Source: Calditrichota bacterium
Lineage (GTDB): Bacteria > Zhuqueibacterota > Zhuqueibacteria > Zhuqueibacterales > Geothermadaptataceae
Direction: 5' to 3'
Assembly (NCBI GenBank): GCA_008501765.1
Contig: QQUE01000002.1
Span: 244,336 to 308,335, forward strand
DNA length: 64,000 nt
The position numbers were made by a program, and so were the translations under genes. The notes below the pieces were generated by a model, which was given only the letters and a program-made list of their open reading frames with translations, searched no databases and had not been told where the DNA came from. Shown piece by piece: positions 36,260-44,846 of this stretch. Positions within the stretch are counted from its first letter, which is position 1. Each line of letters begins with the position of its first letter.

Positions 36260-37021
36260 TCAAGCTGTACTTGCCGACAGCACCGAATCCGCAATTTTTT
36301 TCTCAACTTCATTCGTGAACAAAACACCCAAATAATTCCCGCTTGGTGAGACAATTGCAGCGAATTCAACGTTTTCAGCGCGCATAAGCCGCAGCACAGC
36401 AACCAAACTTTGATCACTTTTTACTTTAAGTGTAATTGTTTGTCCACGAAAAGATTCAGTTACATTTTCAGTTTCAATGGCTTCGATCAGCTGCTGTAAT
36501 TTGTCATGTTTTAAACCGGAATTGAACGGTTGTCTTCCATCCCGGAAGATTGTAATCGGGAGAAAACAAATAAATTCACCCGATTCAGTGCGAACCTCAA
36601 AATACTGAATATTGGGCAATTCGCGCACATAGGTTTCAATGCCATGGGCTGAATAATAATGTTTCTTTCCTGAGCGCAAGAGCAACCATTTTACCGCCAG
36701 TTTTTTATCTGCAGGCAGGCTGTCCAGGTAGGAGAAACTTCCTTTTTCATCACCGGGAATATCGGCAACGACATCGGATGCTGTTAGATTAAGTGAAGCC
36801 ACTGGTGCTTTTAATGTCGTTTCCAGTTCAACACCAAATCCTTTGAAGCGCGTAATAAAACCACCGGTGAACAATGCCAATATGAGCGGAGAGACCGCGA
36901 TGGCGATCCAATGCATGGGCAATTCCAGAAATTTTGCCTCGATGGCTTGCAAAACACCAAGCGCGACAAACAAAAACACAGAGACACTCATTCCAATTCC
37001 CAGAGCACGATTTTTATACAT
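36260..37021 (-). CDS. Hypothetical membrane protein with C-terminal CBS-like motif
   Basis: Two N-terminal TM helices. C-terminal …TITLKVKSDQSLVAVLRLMRAENVEFAAIVSPSGNYLGVLFTNEV resembles a CBS domain. Confidence 0.35.
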   Translation of the reverse strand: MYKNRALGIGMSVSVFLFVALGVLQAIEAKFLELPMHWIAIAVSPLILALFTGGFITRFKGFGVELETTLKAPVASLNLTASDVVADIPGDEKGSFSYLDSLPADKKLAVKWLLLRSGKKHYYSAHGIETYVRELPNIQYFEVRTESGEFICFLPITIFRDGRQPFNSGLKHDKLQQLIEAIETENVTESFRGQTITLKVKSDQSLVAVLRLMRAENVEFAAIVSPSGNYLGVLFTNEVEKKIADSVLSASTA

Positions 37022-37102
37022 TTATAAACTCCTTTATTTTTTAGTGCGACTGAGGATTTTAATTGAAGGCACGGCCATTTTCATCTTTCTTAACACACAT
37101 AT

Positions 37103-39280
37103 TTATTTTTCGATTACAACAACTGCTGAATTTACAGGAATATTTACTATGCCCGAAAATACGAGTGGCACAGGGTTTTCAGGCGTAGCCACCGTCCATT
37201 TTTTCGTTTTATCCGCGAAACCAATGCCAACCTCAACTGGCAATTCATAGCTATAATTCACCACAACAACCGCTTTTTTCCCACAATTCGGATCAATAAA
37301 CACGGAATAATTAGTGTAAATTTTGCCATCCGATAAAACGGTAGCACCGAGGGTATCCTGAAACACACCGTGCCATAGATAAGCGCTTAATTTTTCACGC
37401 AGACGATCCACTTTTTTGCCGTATTCTATCGTCTGCGGAAATTCGTCTAAACGCCCTTTAAAATTGCGTGGTTCATAGCTAATAATATAGCGATTCATCA
37501 GCGCGAGATTGATCATATTGCGGTCGTTGTAGCCTGAAACGGGGATCATCATTTCCTGATACGGTGCGACGTATCGGTGCAAAGCAACATGATTGAGATC
37601 GACGCGAAAATAAGAAAGATGGTACTCGCGGAATTGCAGGTCGTAATTTCCTTCACCGGCAAAGAGATAATCAGCTTTCTTAGGGTTGGAAATTTCGTGA
37701 AAATCGGTGGCTAATCTAGTATCACCGGCATAAATGTGCGCCGGCACGTGATGCTTGTGGGTGGCGTCAAAACAATAGCGGCTATCGCCGTGATGCTGAT
37801 TTTCATCGTACAACATACCATCAGCCCCCAACTCAATCGACTTTAAAAATTCGCCGCAAGCGACCTGCCGCCATGCGGGTGAAAGATGGCACAACGGCGA
37901 AAATCGGTGCGTATTGATTTCCGCCAATTGCGTCGGAGTCTGATAGGCATAACCGCCGTAATAATGGGGATCGCCGTAGGGATCTTTTGTTGTGTAGCGA
38001 ATTAGCTCGCTTTCGTACCACGGACTCACGCGGTCTGCCCAGGTGTATTTGTTGAAAAGAATCACTTTTACGCCCATTTTCTGAATTTGAGCGATAACCT
38101 CCGCAAAATTGGTCCGTGTTCCGAGGTGCGGATCGGTATCGTGGGAGGGGTAAGCGCCGTCCTGGCCGCCGATTGTCCAGCCGGTAATTTGCAGCGCGCC
38201 GACGTTGTGGCGGGCACAATCAGCACCGATTTTCAGCAGATCGCGGTAGGAATAACGGACGTCGTTTTCCGGATTGTTGACATGAATTTGCTGCCACGCA
38301 TGGACCTGCTGCAACCAGTCCGGTTTTGCGGGTGATTGAAACCAGCTTTGCCGCCATTTTTTATAAATATCCGCACCACGATGCCAACTCCCCTGAAATG
38401 GCACCAGCACAACTGGCTGAAGTTTTCCTGATTCCCCACCATTGAAAAACGGGAAATGCAGCACTGAAAATTCCAGGTGCACCGGCTGCCCGGCCAATGA
38501 ATCTCCCTTGGGATTTTCACCGCTGTCCCAGAATTCGTAGCCGAGATAACCCGGTTTCAGCCGCGCCATAAATTGCACCAGATGTGCGGCCGTCGTATCG
38601 TGGTATCCAACATAAAGTCCGCGAGCTGGCGCAGTGATCAGTGAAAAAGGCGTGTCCGGTGTTTGCAGCATTTGCGTCGGATAATCAACGGCAAAATACC
38701 CGGGCATATTATCAAATTTGGGAAAGAGCTGCAAACTTTTCATGCCACCATAATCCATGCCCAATTGGCTGAATAGTGCATCAGGTTGTGGCCGGGATAA
38801 ATCCCCTAAAATCGGCCAGTGCACGGTTTCCACGGTGTGAAAACTGCGGTTATCGATTTCTGCGGTAAAAATCAGACCGTCATCGGTTAATTCTGCGACA
38901 CCGGTGAAGTCAACCGCCAAGCGACCGCCATTTTTACTGCGCACATTTTTCCACTGGAATCGGAGACGTTTACCGTTTTTCTCGTGCCGAATTTGCGGTG
39001 GCGGCTGTTCCTCGCCAAAAACCGGATTAAATCGTTGATGTGACAATGGGATGTCGAGCCGAAAAGACCGGCCTAATTCGGGGCGTTTTTGCAGGTACCA
39101 ACCGTCTTTTTTACTGATCAATTGTTGCAGTGCGCCGGTGTTTTCATTAAACACCGCTTTTATGGTGCTATTTTCCAGAACAACGGAACCGCAAAATAGC
39201 GGCACCGGCAAAGCTGTTACAAAAACAATCAAAATCCATCGCATGTGTTTTCTCCGCCACATTATTGGTTTAATTAACAT
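37103..39280 (-). CDS. Secreted putative glycoside hydrolase-like protein (TIM-barrel type; family not assigned)
   Basis: 725 aa with a signal peptide. The central region (…GALQITGWTIGGQDGAYPSHDTDPHLGT…KMGVKVILFNKYTW…) resembles catalytic barrels of bacterial GH-like DUFs. I cannot place the family without a search. Confidence 0.35.
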   Translation of the reverse strand: MLIKPIMWRRKHMRWILIVFVTALPVPLFCGSVVLENSTIKAVFNENTGALQQLISKKDGWYLQKRPELGRSFRLDIPLSHQRFNPVFGEEQPPPQIRHEKNGKRLRFQWKNVRSKNGGRLAVDFTGVAELTDDGLIFTAEIDNRSFHTVETVHWPILGDLSRPQPDALFSQLGMDYGGMKSLQLFPKFDNMPGYFAVDYPTQMLQTPDTPFSLITAPARGLYVGYHDTTAAHLVQFMARLKPGYLGYEFWDSGENPKGDSLAGQPVHLEFSVLHFPFFNGGESGKLQPVVLVPFQGSWHRGADIYKKWRQSWFQSPAKPDWLQQVHAWQQIHVNNPENDVRYSYRDLLKIGADCARHNVGALQITGWTIGGQDGAYPSHDTDPHLGTRTNFAEVIAQIQKMGVKVILFNKYTWADRVSPWYESELIRYTTKDPYGDPHYYGGYAYQTPTQLAEINTHRFSPLCHLSPAWRQVACGEFLKSIELGADGMLYDENQHHGDSRYCFDATHKHHVPAHIYAGDTRLATDFHEISNPKKADYLFAGEGNYDLQFREYHLSYFRVDLNHVALHRYVAPYQEMMIPVSGYNDRNMINLALMNRYIISYEPRNFKGRLDEFPQTIEYGKKVDRLREKLSAYLWHGVFQDTLGATVLSDGKIYTNYSVFIDPNCGKKAVVVVNYSYELPVEVGIGFADKTKKWTVATPENPVPLVFSGIVNIPVNSAVVVIEK

Positions 39281-39717
39281 TTTTTCTTTCTGAAAGATTT
39301 ATTTGGCCACATTAATTTATTGAATGGAGTGTGCCCCCTTCGAGTTAAGCTCAGGCCATCATCTCTGGACATACTGCAAATAACAGGCGAGATACTTCAT
39401 TCAGTGTGTTCTGACAATTTTATAAGGCACAATCCTCCTCAATCACCCAACTCTTACAACGTAACAATTTTTATTTATTATAATCCATTGCATTTTCATT
39501 TGATTTTTTTAGATTGAGCGGTTAAGATTTAAAAAATGGTTCCCGACCTTAGCAATAGTAGTTGGGCAACAAACAAACTCAACAAATAGAGTTAGAATTT
39601 AAAATTTCGCGTTAACCGATCCCGGATTTTTGTGAAGAACAATTCTCAAAAGTCGTCCCCTCCAATGGATGGGAATTGGGTGCACCTATCGCCTTCGGTA
39701 TAGACCACTTGAAAATC

Positions 39718-40887
39718 ATGACCCATTTAATATCATTTTTTATATTCATTTTCTCTTTTTTTACCGAAGCGCATCCGATTGAACAATCCACTGTTTCGAG
39801 AAAAAATCTGGAAAAAAAGCTTATTAAAGAAATTAGAAATGTTCAAAAACGGCGCAAAATAGTTTCGCTGAGTTTTTCTTTTTTCCACGACAAAACTTAT
39901 ACCTTTAATTATGCCACAGGTTATGCAGATTTAAACAGACGCATAAAAGCAACTCCCGACCATATTTATACAATTGCCTCCGTAACGAAATCCATCACGG
40001 CAATGACTTTGTTAGATCTGGTTAATAAAAACTATCTTGCTCTCGAAGATTCGGTTCATAAAATAATTGAAGGATTTCCGCCAAACGTAACAATTTTGGA
40101 TTTGCTGAACCATACCAGTGGTTTTTTACGCGAAAAAGAAAATGAAAATTACCTGGCTGGATCGAGCTACCGGGATGTAATTGAACATCTGCCGGTGAAG
40201 TTCAACCTGAAAATCCATCGCTATGCCAATTACAACTACGCTGTCATTGGCGCACTCATCGAAAAAATCCTGGAAAAGAAGTTCAGTGAAGTCGCCAACG
40301 ATTATTACTACACGCAGACAGGCGACAGTCTTTATTTTTCAAATCATGATAACTACAAGAGTAACAGATTATTTGTGCGAAATTACGTAAAAAAGCGGAG
40401 AAAAAGAATTCTGCATGAGACTGTGGATTTTGGTCTATGGGAACCAGCGGCCTTTGCACAAACGACGGCTGCAGGTTTGGCCACATTCCTGCGCCAGCAC
40501 ATGACGCCGCACTTTATCGACTATTTGGAAGAGCACGCCGTTACCATTAAAACCCGAAAAAGAAACAAAAATAGAATTGTGAAAGATTGCTACGCTTTGG
40601 GCTTCCGTTTGCGCTATGTTAATGGCTCATTAAAATATATTTTTCATAATGGTTTTTTATACGGCGTTCTGAGCACAATGTACTACTTCCCTGAAAAAGA
40701 TGCCGGATTCGTTGCACTCGCAAATATGAGCAATTATCCCAATGAGACGCTGAGTTTAAGCGGTTTTTATAAAAATGTCGAACGAATATTGAATACAGAA
40801 ATCCGCAACACCGATTCGGTTGACAAGGTAAACTATGATTTTCCTGCTGGTTATAAATTTCAAGAGGAATTTAAATCAAAAAGGTGA
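39718..40887 (+). CDS. Serine hydrolase of the beta-lactamase/PBP (class C-like) family
   Basis: Signal/TM (MTHLISFFIFIFSFFTEA) and active-site S-x-x-K (IASVTKSITAMTLLDL). Length and YAN-type region are consistent with AmpC-like esterase/PBP4* proteins. Confidence 0.75.
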   Translation: MTHLISFFIFIFSFFTEAHPIEQSTVSRKNLEKKLIKEIRNVQKRRKIVSLSFSFFHDKTYTFNYATGYADLNRRIKATPDHIYTIASVTKSITAMTLLDLVNKNYLALEDSVHKIIEGFPPNVTILDLLNHTSGFLREKENENYLAGSSYRDVIEHLPVKFNLKIHRYANYNYAVIGALIEKILEKKFSEVANDYYYTQTGDSLYFSNHDNYKSNRLFVRNYVKKRRKRILHETVDFGLWEPAAFAQTTAAGLATFLRQHMTPHFIDYLEEHAVTIKTRKRNKNRIVKDCYALGFRLRYVNGSLKYIFHNGFLYGVLSTMYYFPEKDAGFVALANMSNYPNETLSLSGFYKNVERILNTEIRNTDSVDKVNYDFPAGYKFQEEFKSKR

Positions 40888-41019
40888 ACGCATCAGACAT
40901 TTTAGCATTGATTCTTAGCGTGCACCTCAGTAATTAGCTCCCTTTTTAAACACCATGACTTCGTCCAACCCCCTGTTTTGGTTTAGCTTGAAAACTTTGT
41001 CAATCGGTGGCGTTCATTG

Positions 41020-42243
41020 TTACCACGCCGGATCAATCATTCCAAAATGACGGCCAAACCAATAATTTCGCACCATCGCCGCTGCTATACCTTCTTCTTC
41101 AGATTCCACAATCTTAAAGCCAGCCTCTGTAGGGATTTTAAATTCTTTGGATCGGCGCTCAAAACCCCACATATTTTTGATGACCTGTTTTCGCTCGTCT
41201 GTCAGAACATTTTCCCCGGAAAGCACCTGATAAACCATAATAAACCAGATATCATCTTCGAAGCTGAAATCATGGTTTTGCCAAACATACCAGTGTCGGT
41301 TTAAATTCATTTTATATTTGATCATTAATGACCGGTCATGTTCGAGGCGCATCAGCATATAAAGAGATCGTGCTGCATGATAATCGTCGCCTTTATTTCG
41401 CCATTCTTCCGGCCAGATAATTTTCGAGCGCAGTTGATGATCATCATAGTGATAGCGGTCGATGAGCATGTGGTAGGCTGCATTATAACGCTCTTTCCCG
41501 GTAATTCGATGGGTGACTTTCAAAGCCATCAACATTTCCAACGAGTTGAGTGCCTGGTGTGGCAAGTCCGGGCAAAAATTACCCCACAATGTCATTTTCC
41601 CATCCAGGTCGGTGAGCTTGAAATTATTGTCAATGATCCGCCCTAAAAAACGATCCAGCAGGTTTGCTGCCTTCTGTTTATATTTTTCATCGGCACAGAA
41701 TTCCCAAAAGGTTCCAACTCCATAAAAAATGGAGGTAAATTTGTCTGCACTGAGATCACCCAGCCAGCGATAGCCGGGTATGGAGGTTGACCAATGCCAT
41801 TCCATCGGGTACCATAAAACTTTTTCATGCCACAACGGTTTGTCAGTCTTGTTAAAACTGCGAGCAACCAGGCCGGGAACTCCGGTTACTTTTTCCAGCT
41901 TTAATATTCCTTCAAAAATCTGATTGGCAATCTTTCGCGCATTGGGATCCTTCGTTACAAAATATTTGTGAGAATACGCAGCGAGCATTTCTGATGTTGG
42001 GTCCAAACAATCAGCCTGAGAACCCACAATAGGCCGGTCCAGCCCCGCCGGTGGGAAAATAACATGCTGCATGATTGTGCCTTCATTCCAGTGGTTTCCG
42101 CGAATCAATTTATCGTACATGTCCACTTTGATATGCAGCGGGTCTGTTTTTTGGGGAAAATCGTTGACTTTCTGAGCAAAAACAGAATCACTGAAACTCA
42201 GGATCAGGAAAACAAACAGTGAGGCAAGAATACTTTTAAACAT
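41020..42243 (-). CDS. Hypothetical secreted protein
   Basis: Signal peptide MFKSILASLFVFLILSFSDSVFAQ. 407 aa, Trp-rich. No motif recognised. Confidence 0.45.
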   Translation of the reverse strand: MFKSILASLFVFLILSFSDSVFAQKVNDFPQKTDPLHIKVDMYDKLIRGNHWNEGTIMQHVIFPPAGLDRPIVGSQADCLDPTSEMLAAYSHKYFVTKDPNARKIANQIFEGILKLEKVTGVPGLVARSFNKTDKPLWHEKVLWYPMEWHWSTSIPGYRWLGDLSADKFTSIFYGVGTFWEFCADEKYKQKAANLLDRFLGRIIDNNFKLTDLDGKMTLWGNFCPDLPHQALNSLEMLMALKVTHRITGKERYNAAYHMLIDRYHYDDHQLRSKIIWPEEWRNKGDDYHAARSLYMLMRLEHDRSLMIKYKMNLNRHWYVWQNHDFSFEDDIWFIMVYQVLSGENVLTDERKQVIKNMWGFERRSKEFKIPTEAGFKIVESEEEGIAAAMVRNYWFGRHFGMIDPAW

Positions 42244-42284
42244 TATTTCTCCGTGAAATAGTTTCTGAAAATCCGTACTGTCTA

Positions 42285-42986
42285 TTAATCAATATCTTTG
42301 ACACAGCGAAAACCAACCGGATAACGAGCGGTTGTGTGGGGCGGGACATAATACCGATGTGTTGTTCGAATAAAGGAATGGTTATTAAAATTGGATCCAC
42401 CGCGCATCACTTTATAGCGTTCCCCGTATTCTTTCATAGGAACATCATTTCCCGGATAAGGTTTGTACCAGTCCGCTGTCCATTCCCACACGCTGCCGGC
42501 CATATCAAAGCAACCGTATGGGCTTTCCGGTTTGGCGATGGCGCTTCCGCGTGGATGGCGTAAATCCCAAACGACAAAAGTCTCATCATAAGTATTGCCC
42601 CAGGGGAAAATACGACCATCGGTACCGCGAGCCGCTTTTTCCCACTCTTTTTCTGTGGGCAATCGCTTACCCGCCCACTTCGCGTAGGCGTTCGCCTGTT
42701 CCCATATGACAATCACTGGATGCTCTTCTCTTCCTTGAGGAAAATTAAAGTTAGCATCAAATTGCGCAAACTCAGAATTGCTCACTTCATATTTATCAAT
42801 AAAAAAAGCTCCTGTTCTGGCAATGTGTTGCGGCCTCTCATCGGGATCGCCATAAGTGCTCCCCATGATAAAATCGCCAGCCGGGACATAGACCATGCCT
42901 TGCGGTGGTTCAGGTTCTCCATTTACTTTTTCGTTTGCGCTTGGCGCCGTCAAACAAAGGTACATTATAAACAAGAGTGTTTTCAT
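42285..42986 (-). CDS. FGE-sulfatase (SUMF1-like) domain protein, paralog of 6856-7521
   Basis: Signal peptide. …GMVYVPAGDFIMGS…FFIDKYEVSNSEFAQF…KWAGKRLPTEKEWEKAARGTDGRIFPWGN…GSVWEWTADWY…VMRGGSNF…RYPVGFRC is the full FGE-sulfatase signature. Confidence 0.8.
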   Translation of the reverse strand: MKTLLFIMYLCLTAPSANEKVNGEPEPPQGMVYVPAGDFIMGSTYGDPDERPQHIARTGAFFIDKYEVSNSEFAQFDANFNFPQGREEHPVIVIWEQANAYAKWAGKRLPTEKEWEKAARGTDGRIFPWGNTYDETFVVWDLRHPRGSAIAKPESPYGCFDMAGSVWEWTADWYKPYPGNDVPMKEYGERYKVMRGGSNFNNHSFIRTTHRYYVPPHTTARYPVGFRCVKDID

Positions 42987-43100
42987 TTTTTTGCCATCCC
43001 ATAATTAAAAAATTTGCGCTCGGATTAGTGAACTCCGAGTCTCAGTAGTTGATTCAATTTCGCTATTGCCAGCAACTAAAATCCGGTTGTGTTTGCCTGG

Positions 43101-43478
43101 TCACTGGTCACTGGTCACTTCAATATAAACATGTTCGAGGCTTATTTCCCGCAGTGAAACCGAAGAAACCGGCACGCCATCCAGCTTTCCGATGAATTCT
43201 TTCAGCGTGAAAATTTGCGGCAAAAGCAACGCCGCGCCGATGAGAATGCCCGGCACCGTCGCATCGAATGATTTTGAGTCATTGATTCCGCCAGCGTAAA
43301 TGAGCCCGAAAAGCAGCAGCGTGGGGAAAACCACCCAGAAAACCAGGCTACGCCGCATGCGCAGCAACTCTGTCAAAATACGTTTGGTGATCGCGATTAC
43401 TTCATTGAACTGGTGTTGCATGAAAACACCTCTTTCTGCTAATGAGAGCTGAGAATTAGAGAAAATTATCCACTTCAT
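43101..43478 (-). pseudogene. Possible truncated ABC-2-type permease remnant
   Basis: The N-terminus (…ITKRILTELLRMRRSLVFWVVFPTLLLFGLIY) resembles the start of ABC-2 permeases. The ORF stops after 125 aa and has no ATPase partner nearby. Confidence 0.3.
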
Positions 43479-43711
43479 TCAGTAAATGTTCCCGTGATTT
43501 CATGACAAATCACAGACATTTTCTCTCTCAAATGCGTCACCCCGGTTTGCGCTTTTCGCAATTCTGGGGTCTCCCAAAGTTTGAGTCTGACACCGGGGGA
43601 TCCCGGTATTTCACTTTGTGAAAACCGGGATGACCGGAATACTATTTTATCGTTTCTAATTTAAACTGTGACTAATCTGTTCCACACTAAATTCCTGATC
43701 GATTAGAGCGC

Positions 43712-44846
43712 TTTGCAGGCCACAAGGGCCTGGGCTACAGGTTCAAACTAAAAAAATGGTGTTCGCCCCCTTGTGGGGCGGTACGTGGCATGGGCATTTA
43801 TTTGCCGCCTTTTATTTTATCCAACAAACTCTGTAAATTCTTCTGCACCGTTTGCGTGCCGGGATGGTCAGGTTTGCAGGCCACAAGGGCCTGGGCTACA
43901 GTATTAATATAAATAAAATTTCGTAGCCCGCCCCTTTGTGGGGCGGCGCGTGGCATGGGCATTTATTTGCCGCCTTTTATTTGTTCCAACAATCTTTGCA
44001 AATTACCCTGCACGGTTTGTGTGCCGGGATGGTCAGTTTTGCAGGCCACAAGGGCCTGGGCTACAGTATTAATATAAACAAAATTTCGTGGCCCGCCCCT
44101 TTGTGGGGCGGCGCGTGGCATGGGCATTTATTTGCCGCCTTTTATTTTATCAAACAAAATCTGCAAATTCTTTTGCACCGTTTGTGTGCCGGGATGGTCA
44201 GGTTTGCAGGCCACAAGGGCCTGGGCTACAGTATTAATATAAACAAAATTTCGTGGCCCGCCCCTTTGTGGGGCGGCGCGTGGCATGGGCATTTATTTGC
44301 CGCCTTTTATTTGTTCCAACAATCTTTGCAAATTACCCTGCACGGTTTGTGTGCCGGGATGGTCAGTTTTGCAGGCCACAGTATTAATATAAACAAAATT
44401 TCGTAGCCCGCCCCCTTGTGGGGCGGTGCGCGGCATGGGCATTTATTTGCCACCTTTTATTTGTTCCAACAATCTTTGCAAATTACCCTGCACGGTTTGT
44501 GTGCCGGGATGGTCAGTTTTGCAGGCCACAAGGGCCTGGGTTACAGGTTCAAACTAAAAAAATGGTATTCGCCCCCTTGTGGGGCGGTGCGTGGCATGGG
44601 CATTTAGTTGCCGCCTTTCATTTCATCCAATAAACTCTGTAAATTCTTTTGCACCGTTTGTGTGCCGGGATGGTCAGGTTTGCAGGCCACAAGGGCCTGG
44701 GTTACAGTATTAATATAAACAAAATTTCGTAGCCCGCCCCCTTGTGGGGCGGTGCGCGGCATGGGCATTTATTTGCCGCCTTTTATTTTACCCAACAAAC
44801 TTTGCAAATTACGCTGCACCGTTTGTGTGCTGGGATGGTCAGCGCC
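43712..44846. repeat. Tandem array of ~7 units (165/161/150 bp) each reproducing the last ~24 codons + stop + 3'-UTR hairpins of the adjacent TIR-NB-ARC-TPR gene
   Basis: Units start at 43712, 43873, 44038, 44203, 44368 (15-bp deleted variant), 44518 and 44679; the last unit is the real gene end. Two sequence types alternate (…AGTATTAATATAAACAAAATTTCGT… versus …AGGTTCAAACTAAAAAAATGGT…). On the minus strand each unit reads as a C-terminal peptide variant followed by TAA (QRNLQSLLGKIKGGK*, QGNLQRLLEQIKGGK*, QKNLQSLLDKIKGGK*, QKNLQSLLDEMKGGN*). A GC-rich hairpin (CCGCCCC-acaa-GGGGCGG) with a U-rich tail and a second hairpin (CAGGCC-cuugu-GGCCUG) follow each peptide. Confidence 0.9.

Noticed and set aside
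43936-44633. Plus-strand ORFs (156, 63 and 71 aa; MWGGAWHGHLFAAFY… repeats) across the tandem array
   Set aside because: They exist only because the 165-bp unit is a multiple of 3 and is repeated in frame. The composition is Trp/His-rich with no start context. The minus-strand reading, which matches the real gene end, explains the sequence better.
43712-44846. CRISPR array or DGR template/variable repeat interpretation of the tandem array
   Set aside because: Entire units are conserved, including the would-be spacers, and there are no cas genes. This rules out CRISPR. There is no reverse transcriptase nearby and substitutions are not adenine-specific, which rules out a DGR.
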